From Camelus ferus (Eukaryota): a stretch of 64,000 nucleotides of DNA. Location: NCBI RefSeq assembly GCF_009834535.1, contig NC_045698.1:13332001-13396000 (forward strand), in the 5' to 3' direction. The position numbers and the translations under genes were made by a program. The notes below the pieces were generated by a model, which saw nothing but the letters and a program-made list of their open reading frames with translations, was not told where the DNA came from and made no database searches. Below, piece by piece: positions 53,631 through 64,000 of this stretch (positions within the stretch are counted from its first letter, which is position 1; every line of letters starts with the position of its first letter).

Positions 53631-55029
53631 AGTCCCTTTGGATTTTGTCAAAGGAATTCAATTTTAAAATTAGATAAAATTCCTCATAAAAATGTTGTTA
53701 AATAAAAAACTGTAACTCTTAGAAAGAGTCCATGACCAGTGGAAGGGCTTGTTTTTACCTTATTTAAGTCAATCTCTGTATCAGCTGATGATATTATAGT
53801 TGCCACCCTTCCCCAATTTGAAGACATATATTGAAAGAACTTTTTGTTTATATTTTCCTTATTAAAATGAATATTCTCTATGTACATTTTTCTATTTTAT
53901 AATATCTACCTATAATTTGGGCAATTTTTATGAAGATTACACTTTTTGTTCTCTATTATGTCATTCAAATATTTAAATGATATTTTCTTACTGATGTAAA
54001 TAGGAATTAGGAATGGAAATAAATAGCTTAAATAAATGTTATTAAAATTGTTTTTTACACGTATTATGAAACTAAAGTGAAGAGACTCATAATATTAATT
54101 GTTGTTATTGCCAAATAGTGGAAATAAGTTTTTCTGCATGTACTTTAATTTCACATAAAAATAATAATCTGTTTTTAACATTTATTGCAATGAAATAATC
54201 ATTAAAACCATAGGTTAGTTTAATAATCATTAAAATAATAATTCCTATGTGCTTAAAAGAAACATAGCATAGCTTCATAGAATATTTACAAAATTGGAGT
54301 TGGAAAGCAAATGCATTAATGCATGAACAATATAAAGATATATTAATATATTGGGATAAACTTTGATTTACTTATTTTAAAATGGTTAGACTTACTGGTT
54401 CTTAAAATAAAATGCAAATTAAAATATATCTTTGATATTGAGACATTTTTCTTTCCACTATTAAATTTATATTGAGAAAATTGACCTTGTTTATTTTAAT
54501 GGAACAATACTGGGCTTTCAAATATCCATTCTGAAGAAACTAAAAATAAGAAATTTATTTGGCTACTAATTTGCCTAAAGATAAATTCTTGATACTGTTT
54601 TTTTTATAAAAACTAACCTACTTTGTATTTATCTTTAGCATTCCAAAAACAATTTCAAAATTAAGTTTGTATTCTTCTGCTCCAGGCTTGTGAAAAGTAA
54701 TGAAAGCTCTACTGTTTTTATGAGGAAAAGATTTAAGAGTTAAGAAGCTGCAGGCCAATTAAAATGCTTCATTTAAATATTTTGAAGACTTTCAGTTAAG
54801 ATGGCTCAAACCCTACCTGGAGTACTCTTTAGAACTTACCATTTGTTCAGAATAAAGTGGGGAAAAATCAACTCAAAGGAAAAAGTTTAATGGAAAAAAG
54901 AAACTGTCCTCCCTAAGGCTTAACAGAGCTTATATAATTCATTCTGCAGGCTTTCGTAGAGGTAATTCCTTTCAAAATGAAAGGGAGCTCCTCGTCGTTT
55001 TTTGGATACTACATGTAAGACTAAAGGAG

Positions 55030-55516
55030 TGTGAAAAATACGGCAAACCATATCAGTAAACAAAGAATGCTGAAGCCTTCAAGTCATCAGCGGCTGCCCC
55101 ACCCCCCAGGGAAGACAAGCCTGCAGCCCGGCCTCGGCAGCCACTCACAACGGTGCACCCTGAGGGGACTCAGAATAAGAAAGGACAGGACACTGGCCCT
55201 AGATAGCTAGATGCTTGTCAAAGGAATGAATTCAATGAGCCTACATGTTTGCTTCCTCACATACATAGAAAAGTACTAAATTCTTTGACTTGAGATGCCT
55301 GGTTTTCTTTAGATAACAAGGAATCTTTTATTGTTCCAACTACCTGGTCTTTGTTGTAAAGCTCCTATATATCCTAGTTCCTCCCCTGCCTCTTCGGAGC
55401 CGTCCCTCAGAGCGATCTGAGAGGCTGTCATCGCGGGCTGAAAGGGGTTCTCAGAAATGTGCGCCAAATAAAACATAACTCTCAACTTTCAGGCTGTGCA
55501 TTTATTTCAGTCGACA
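55030..55516 (+). mobile_element. ERV1-type solo LTR, family B copy 2
   Basis: TG...CA termini ('tgtgaaaaat' to 'cagtcgaca'), TATA 'ctatatat' near 55365, AATAAA near 55467, TSD ggag/agag. Confidence 0.92.
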
Positions 55517-55784
55517 AGAGCAATCTAAACACTCTGAACACAAAAGAGAACCTGATACACTATATTCTCAACTTTAATACACAGAGCCATATACGGTCTT
55601 AATTTGGCTCCCTATTGTTTTTTATATTGTACTTTCCCCCTATATCTCTATCCTATGACTCAATCATCCCAAAACAGATTTTGCTCTCAGTATATTCCCT
55701 GTTCTCTCTACCATGTCTTTGAAAATGAAGAGTAAGTTTGTTTCTACATTTTCCCCAGTGAAGTTCCAGACATGCCATGCGGCT

Positions 55785-55950
55785 CACATGGACGTAGAGT
55801 CCATGAATGGGCACGGGATGGATCTCCCATGAATTTCTTAAAATTGTATACATAAGCTTTTGTATGTACACATATATGGCTTTCTCAAAATAATGTCTTT
55901 AGCATCTTTAAGTTGTTATAGAGGCCCCAATACACAAAATTATCACTAAT
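55785..55950. mobile_element. Possible hAT-Charlie remnant
   Basis: 'gtccatgaatggg...aaattgtatacat...tgtatgtacacatat' resembles short Charlie MITEs. Confidence 0.4.
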
Positions 55951-56799
55951 TTTTATTTATGTATTCAGTTCCAATTTTTCTATAATATACATTAAGCACT
56001 TTTCGGATTAATACAAATATTTACTCTTCACCATATTATTTTCAGATCAAAAACATTACATGATGCATGGAAATGTTTAATAATTATTTTTTGAATGTTT
56101 GAACAAATAAAAAGCCCAGCAATTGACTTGGGGGCTGAAGTATGAAGACGTTAACTTACTTGCTCAAGGTTACTTAGCTAGTATGTGTCAAGAGAGACAG
56201 GCACCTCTCATCTGTCTGATAGCATGTCCAAGTGGGAATATTTAAACTTCCAAATTAGTAAAAGACACACTTGGAATTTCAAGATGTCTACTGTGTTGCT
56301 TCCACAAAGAAATACTCTCTGGCCTCCAACTCTTGGCCAGCCTGAATTAGCTGCTCCTTTTACCCTCTGCAAATCTTCATCATTATACGTAACATTACAT
56401 ACTGCAATTTGCAGTGACTTGTAGGCAACTCACCTCTGCAAAGAGTTAAGTTCTCATGCTATAAAATACTCCTACTCAAGCTGATTTGTAGCTACCGAAG
56501 TGATGTCATAGAGCTCAGAAAATTGAACATGGTTGGTTCACACATGCTGCTGTTGGCTGGCTTCAGCACATAAATGTGTGCTTCTTAATTTCCAACGATG
56601 AACTGGTATGACTTTGTTATCCAGTGGGTTAGTCCTTTATTTACTCCAAAGTAGATATGCCTTAATTGGATGAGAGTATGAAGCAGTACATTTCAATACA
56701 TGTTTCTCAGATTTTAAGCAAGAAATGCTAGGAGGGTACATAGGAACACTTAGCCTATAATATGAGGATTCTTTGGAGCATGGGCTCAATAGGTACTGC

Positions 56800-57266
56800 T
56801 GTGAAGGGACTTGGAAGATAAATTGATGGAATTAAGGTTCCTCCTTTAATGACATTTAAAAAGAGAGATTATCCTGGATTATCTGGATGGGCCAAAGATA
56901 ACACAGAGACATGTAAAAGCAGAACAGGAAAACAGAAGTCAGAGAGCTAAAAAATGTGCGAAGGAATTGACCAGTCATTGCTGATCTTGAATACGAGGTA
57001 GCAAGGGATGCAGGCGGCATCTAGAAGTTAAGAATGATGCCCTTCCAATGGCCGGCAAGGAAATGGGAACCCAGTCCTACAACCCCATGAAACTGAACTC
57101 TGCTGACCACCTTAATTAGCTTAGAAGTGGATTCTCCCCCTGAGGCTCAGATAAGAGTCCAGCATGATTGATACCAGACTTCGGACCCACAGAACTGTGG
57201 GACATAAATAAATGTTTTAAATCACTAAATGTGCAGTAATTTGTTGGCATAGTAGAAACTAATACA
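56800..57266 (+). mobile_element. MaLR LTR (MLT1D-like)
   Basis: 'gagattatcctggattatctggatgggcc', 'gcaaggaaatgggaacccagtcctacaacc', ends 'agaaactaataca'. Confidence 0.9.
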
Positions 57267-58510
57267 GTGAGTAAGGAGAAATAAGGTTTAGTGAAACGCC
57301 TTTGAAAGGGGTTTAGATAAGTGGGAAAAAAATTTAAAAATATCAACCTGGAGTTTGGAAAGGCTGGCAATCCAAGGCTTCAGTGCAGGAGGTGAAGCAG
57401 CATGTAAAACCAAATTTCCTCTTCTTCTACAAGGTAGCAATCACGAGTCATTACAGATAAAGCTAAGAGTGAAGATGAATGTTCTGGCTCCTATAAAAAT
57501 GAGCCTTTTGTTTTTACCAACTTAGCACATTGCAGCTCTTCACCAACTCACTTTATTTCTTTAGAAAAAAAAATATTTCAGCTCTAATGTTAGTCTTCAT
57601 TTGCAAATTAAACTTTCCTTTCTACCAGGCTTGTTTCAGGTATGACTGTTAAGATTTCTGTTGAGTCCATTTATAGACTGTAACTAAACAAGCAAAGGAA
57701 AACATAACAAATAAAGCTATGTGCATAATCAGTAATCCTGAGGACAAATATCTTAAAATGTGGGATGGAGAAGGAGTATTTATCTTCTAGTCTGATGTTT
57801 TTAAAATGTTCTGCTTAATTAGATTTTAAATTACTAACATGAGTCTTGCGCTTTGATGCAGATAAATGTAGGTAAGAACTGTTTATGTAAAGGCCCACAC
57901 ATATTTCATACTTTTGAAAAATGAGGAAAGGACCTTGTATCGCTTAAAATATATCACCTACCTGACAAGTGCAATTACTTTGTGGTGAAGAAAACTTTTA
58001 TATTTCAATTAGGATTGTTAAAATGGAAATATAATCAAGAGAGATTGCACACTAAAATATAAATGAATTATTTTTCAAGAAATAAATTCTTGAAGCAGTT
58101 TGGAGACAGATTATCACAGAACCAGAATACTGGCTATTTCTGCTAAATAATATTCAGTCTCCTTGGAACATTTTCCCATAAATATATTTCAATTGATAGA
58201 TTAACAAAATTAAATAGGATTTCTACATATGCTGGCTACTGAAGAGACTGAAAAAGAACTATTAGATTTAGTTCCTATTCTCAATAATGTTACAATTTAA
58301 TTAAAGAGAGATGACTAATGCACAGGAGATAATTAGCAAATAATGAAAAACACTATGAATTTGGGTGATAAATGTGGAACCAACTTTTAGCTCCACTTTT
58401 TATCTTAAGCAATAATATATACCCTCTTTGAAGAAAACAAAACAAAACAGACCAAAGCAAAACAAAAAACAGCAAGTGTCCGAAAGGGAGAGTGCATATG
58501 TAATTCTTAC

Positions 58511-58683
58511 AATATTAAGTGAAATGGGTTCTTCTAGTGGCTTCTTCCTACTGTTTTTAAGAATCCAAGTCTCTTCCGTTAGAATCGGCATCACAGTGAT
58601 TACTATTTTTCTTCTCTGTATCATCTTATTCTGAATGTTCATATGGATTTGCAGGCTTTTATTTGTATAACATTTGATTCTGT
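58511..58683 (-). other. Candidate 173-nt internal exon, product unknown
   Basis: Minus-strand acceptor 'aaacctttcttttctcag|ac', donor 'att|gtaaga', one open frame; no protein similarity recognised. Confidence 0.25.
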
Positions 58684-59369
58684 CTGAGAAAAGAAAGGTT
58701 TCATTACTGAAAAGAAACCATGTAATTATTCGGTTCTCAAACAAAGACTGTTCAACTGTGTTTCTGTATTTTCAACCAATTTATCAGTTTCCATTCAAAG
58801 AGAGAAGCCTTCAGTAGAATTACACTGTGGCTCTGGAAAGGAACCCAGACTTATCCTTCGTATTTGAGGAATGTAAAGCGGGCTCTGATGCTTATGATGA
58901 TGAATTAAAGCTACAGGCAGTAGCTTTTCTTTTAATTTTTGCTTCACAAAATGATGAATGGCTGATAGGCAACATAGCATTCCTTCTGATATGACAGGAA
59001 TAAAACATATGAAACAGTGGTTAAGTTAGAGTTCTAAACAACACTTTAAAAAGCTAATAGGTGCCATCCTTACTTCCTGGTTTTTCTCCTATCTAGCTGC
59101 TTTTTTGACTTACTCAAGCATTAGATCCATCAAGGGCAGGAGGCAGTCATACTCCTATGTTGGTCTGAATTCCCGGTTTACCATGAAATCTATAGATTAT
59201 GAATTGGAATCTCATTTAACGTGCTCTCTAGGAAGACATCCTGCTGACCAGGGCAGGTGTGTTTTTGGCCCCATTGGCAGTTGTATTTCTTATTGAAACT
59301 CCCCTAACTAACTTCCTGGCATATAAGTCATTCTACCTTGAATTGAGTTTATGTAACATATTATTGCCA

Positions 59370-61750
59370 AGATTATTCAGTCTTAGGAATTGGAATAATC
59401 ATATTGGTCCATTTTATCTAAGTTATCAAATTCGCGGACATAGAGCTTTAATAGTATCCTTTTGTTTTTCTTTTACTTTCCATGAGATGTGTAGTGATTT
59501 CATCTCTTTTATATCTGATGTTAGTAATTTGTTTCCTTCCTCCTTTTTCTTAATTAGCCTGGCTAGGGTCTTACCAATTTTATTGATCTTTTTCCAAAAA
59601 ACCAGGTTTTGATTTTGTTGATTTTCTCTGTTGATTTCCTGTTTTCAAATTCATTCTTTCTGCTCTGATTCTTGTTATTTCTTTTCTTCTGTTTAGCTTG
59701 GTTTTTATTTGCTTTTCTTCTTCAGGTTTCCTGCGGTGAAAACTAGATTATCAATTTTAGATCTTTCTTCTTTTTTAATATATGTATTCAATTCTGTAAA
59801 TTTCCCTCTGAGCACTGATTTCATTGCATCCTCAAATTTTGATAAGTTGGGTTTTACTTTTAAGTGAAAAAATTTTAAAACTTATTTTGAGATTTCTTCT
59901 TTGAAGCATGAATATTTAGAAGTGTGCTCCTTTTCTCCTTGTAGTTTGGTGTTTTCCAGCTTTCTCTTTGTTATTAATTTCTAGATTTATTCCACTGTGG
60001 TCTGAGAGCAGATATTGTATGACTTTTTTTTTTTTTTGACTCTTAATCTTCTATTTTATTTTCTTTAAATGCAGGTCACTCTCCACTAAAATGATTTCAT
60101 GACCCACAAATGGAATGAAACAGTCTGAAAAACAGTATGCTAAGTAAAGGCTGCTGTTTTCATACAAAAAGCCTACTCACTGGTACCAGTTACCCAGAGC
60201 ATCTCCAAAGTGCTGAATCTACCTGTGTTTCCCACGTATCTGCAGGGGCTCCAGGGAGCCTCGTGACAGATGTTGTATGACTTCTATTCTTTTAAATTTG
60301 TTAAGGTTTATTTTATGGCCAGGATGTAGTCTATCTTGGTGAATATTACATGTGAGTTTTAGAAGAGTATGTGTTTTGCTGTTGTTGTATGGGGTGATCT
60401 ATAGATGTCAGTTATAACCAATTGATGAGTGGGGTTGTGGAGTTCAACTATATCCTTACTGATTTTCTGTCTGCTGGGTATTTCCATTTCTAAGAGAGGG
60501 ATGTTGAAGTCTCAAGCCTTGATGATAAATTCATCTATTTCCCCTTGCCTCACATATTTAGATGCTCCGATTTTAGGTGTATACACATTAAGAATTACTA
60601 TGTCTCCTTGCATAATTGACACCATTATCGTTTATGGTGTGCCTCTTTGCCCCTTACAACTTTTCTCACTTTGAAATCAGCTCTGGATGGAATCAATACA
60701 GCTACTCCTGTTTTCTCTTGGTTAGGGCTAGCATGATTTATTTCTTTCCATTTTCTTAATCTGTATGTGTTTTTACATTTAAAATGGGTTTCTTGTAGAC
60801 AACATATAGTTGCATAACGTTTATTACATCCGGTCTATTAATTAACTCATCAAAGTGATCCTTCATTTCTATTACAGTGGTTTTAATCTCTAGTATTTTC
60901 TTTTGATTCTTCCTTAGGATCCTCATGTTTCTGCTGACAACTGTCCATCTGTTTTGCATGCTGCCCACTTTATTCATTAGAGCCCTTAAAATATTGTTAT
61001 AGTTGTTTAAATTTCTAAATTTCTAGTCTGATAATTCTAACATCCCTGCTGTATTTGGTTCTTTGTTTGCTCTGTCTCTGCAAATTGTGGCTCCCTGTCT
61101 TTCATTTTTTTTTTTTTTTGATAATCACAGGGTTTATTGGGCAAAGAGGATCACTGTAAACAGGTCTTAGTCATGTGCTGCTGAAGTATGGGTGGAGGGG
61201 AAGCGTTCTGTAGTCCTAGGGTAGGCTCTTAATCTTGAATGAAATTGTACCTCTGAACTGTGAACTTCACAAGTGTTTCTCATTTGTTTGTTTTTTTCTT
61301 CTCTGCTTATTTGGGGCAGGTTGGCTAGAATGGGCTAGACTTGGCTATTTCTATTCTCCCGCATGGAAGGCTAGAGACGACAGGGGTTGGGTATTTCCAT
61401 TCTTTAGGTCAGTTAAGCTCTGAGAAGACCCCAAAAGGTTAGATTCTGATGAACTCAGATTTGTGTACACTGTGCCTCCACAATTTGTCAGCTGCAGTGG
61501 AGGTTTTCCCACCACAGCATGGGTGTCCAAGGTAGTTTCCTCTCATGAGTCTCTACTCAGGTAAACTGTGCCTCCCTCCACTGGCCCATCTGTCTCTTTA
61601 ATCTTAGGGTCAGTGTTTTTTGCAATGTCCTCCCTTCTCTTATGGATGCAAGAGGAGTTGTTGAATTTTCAATCTGTTCAGTTTTTTACTTGCTGTTAGG
61701 ACAGAGGATGACTTCCAAATGTTTTACATGCAGAGCTGGAACTTGTGTAG
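59370..61750 (-). mobile_element. L1M element (ORF2 start, ORF1 and 5' pieces) interrupted by a retrocopy
   Basis: Antisense L1 motifs; the ORF at 60756-60977 reads 'RKNQKKILEIKTTVIEMKDHFDELINR', typical of the L1 ORF1p coiled coil. Confidence 0.88.
60009..60283 (-). pseudogene. 5'-truncated processed retrocopy (about 240 bp) of a polyadenylated non-L1 RNA
   Basis: 17-bp TSD cagatattgtatgactt (60009-60025) / cagatgttgtatgactt (60267-60283); T14 at 60024-60037; AATAAA on minus strand at 60055-60060. Confidence 0.88.
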
Positions 61751-64000
61751 TATGTTAGTTTCACATCTAAACACTTTGCTAAAATCTCATAATGTCTAAT
61801 TTTTTATCTTTAAAATAGTTTTTTTAATTTAAAATTTTATAACTATATGGTCACATGATCTGCAAATAACTTATATTTTTTTTGCATTATATTTACCTGT
61901 TTTATTGCATTTTTTTTACATTTATTGTATTTTAAAATTTCTAAAAAGCTTATAATGTGTTCAATTACTCTTTTGTCTTAAAAGTCATTTATAATAGATT
62001 TATTTTCTAAATCTGTCTCAATGCACTCAATAGAAAATTTTTTTGTTGTAAATTTTTTTCTGTATCCTGAGATTCTCTTTAAATCTAATTAACAATATTT
62101 TCTTTTTCTATGTTGATTATTTTCTTTAATATTGTTGCATTTATTTCCCAGTAGAGTTTTTTTTTAACATTCTTTTCATCATAATGAGTAAAGAATGTTA
62201 AGAAAATTTGGACTTGCACTATATATCCATTCTTACTCTCTTATTTATCATACTAGTTTATTTTTTGCTTCTAAATTTTGTCAGAGTTCTCTGACTTATA
62301 AATGTCACTTTGGAGTTCGTAACTATTTAGTCCATGTTCACATTATCTGAACGGTCAGATTCAGTTGGCTACTCGAGGTGTTATAATCAATGCTATATAT
62401 ATTTTTTATATATATATATAATTATATATATATAATGTCTGCTGGCAAATCAAAATTATGTTTGATTTGTCTTTAATCAAACACTTTCAAGTTTTTCTTG
62501 AAATTTGAAATTTACCCTTTTTAATATAAATTCACAAATTTTGGATGTTTCTTCTGGTCTTATTTGTTTTCTAACTAACACTCATCTGGAATACCCTCCT
62601 TAGAGCAATTCTGAGTTTAAATGCTAGGCTTTGGGAGTTCACAATTAGAGAAAGGGGATGATTACTAACTTCTTTTAGAAAGAAATGTTCAGTGGAAAAT
62701 TGATCAGACAGCTTTTGTATTTTAATGTTCTTTAGTATGTCCAACAACTCCAAGATACGTCTTTTACAATTTTCATACTTTCACCCAAGATTTGGTAATT
62801 TAATATAATAATTGTCAATTCAACTATTGTTTTAATTCAGTGATACATAAAATTGCCTTCTGAACTGAGTTTTCAGAAGTCAAGGTATAACAGCCTTAGA
62901 CAGTATTTTTTTAGATAATGGCCTTAAGTTTCATTCTGTGCTTAGGATTAGAATGAAAAGATGTGAATCTGCCCTTTTGTCACTCCCAACTGTGCAAAAT
63001 TGTCTGGAGTGGTCACATGATTCTACAGCCTTCAAAGTTTTTATCTCTTCCAAACAAGTTGACAACTGGCTTCATGGGGACAAATTTTCCATATTACAGA
63101 GGTAAGGTAACTAAAATTGATAATTTATTAGCTACTTAACTTTAGAATGCCATTGGCTCTTGTTTCCCATCATAGAAGTCAAAGCAAAAAGAGATCTTAT
63201 TTTTGGCCTTGTCTTGTTCTTAAAATAATATGTACATGATGCATATTTTCCCAAAGTCATAAGTACCTATTTATTCTTCACTTAACATTCTTTTGCCTAA
63301 AAGGAACATGAATCTATCTAGTCTGGTTATCATTTAATAGAAAGATCTATTGAAAGAAATAGAGGTCTCCTTTCCACAAATAAAGTTAACCTAACGGGAA
63401 AAAATAAGCAATGTCTTGTTTGGATTGTATTTTGAGGTAAGCCAAGTGTTGGCAAATGCAAAACATATATAGGAAAGTATGAAGGAGAAATTTTAAATTG
63501 GGAGATGACATTGTTACCACTGATCAGTCTCAATCTGACTAAAACTGATCAACTCTATAAAGATGTCCCCTCTTTCATGCAATACGTTGTGAATTGTACT
63601 GCACTTCCTCTGGGTTAGTCTTACCAAAATGATTTGAACCTGGGCTTAATCAATATTTATTTCTAGCTTCCTGTTTACAAGACATACAATATAGAGAGCA
63701 AAATATTAGATGACATCAGTGGGAATTACCCAGATAAATATAGACTGAAGGGGAAATTTAGTAAAATCGGACACAGTTATTTCTAGAAATTAGTAACATG
63801 GAAACAAACAAATAAGCTAACCAAATAAGGAAGATATAATAGTCATGATAACCACATGGGGAGTACTGAGATTTTAGACTTTGTTTTATTCTTAATTCAA
63901 ATAGTCCATCTATAACAAATAATTTTTTTTTAAATCAGGAAAATGTAAGTATAGTCAAGGTAGTAAATTATATTAAGGAATTTTTGGTAACTTTTAGGTG

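Noticed and set aside
61105..61145. T-run followed by TTTATT, suggesting a third retrocopy
   Set aside because: No TSD found, and the sequence continues as the host L1, so it is most likely an expanded internal T-tract.
63029..63101. Possible plus-strand exon ending gag|gtaagg
   Set aside because: Weak acceptor, no recognisable peptide; such donor matches are expected by chance in 64 kb.
1..64000. CRISPR array, operon, tRNA/rRNA or intact retroviral/transposase gene
   Set aside because: No regularly spaced repeats, long ORFs or recognisable structural RNA genes; the window is mammalian noncoding DNA.

Overview
AT-rich, CpG-depleted, repeat-dense placental mammal DNA that looks intronic or intergenic. 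I recognise no protein-coding gene, RNA gene, CpG island or prokaryotic-type system, and nearly all ORFs in the supplied track fall in decayed repeats or look random. The young L1 3' ends are of cetartiodactyl type, and I see no Alu, Bov-tA/BovB, PRE-1, CHR or Can-SINE, which suggests a camelid (inference). The window holds old L1M/L2/MIR remnants, MaLR LTRs, seven ERV1-type solo LTRs (six with 4-bp TSDs, two families in multiple copies), a decayed ERVL RT fragment and hAT remnants. The most notable items are two L1-mobilised retrocopies of non-L1 RNA (an LTR-terminated transcript at about 3.3 kb and an unidentified polyadenylated 3' end at about 60 kb), an L2 with 5'-inversion geometry, a multibranch hairpin at an L1 junction and one candidate minus-strand exon. 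Repeat subfamily names come from recalled consensus motifs, not from a database search, and boundaries without a TSD are approximate.
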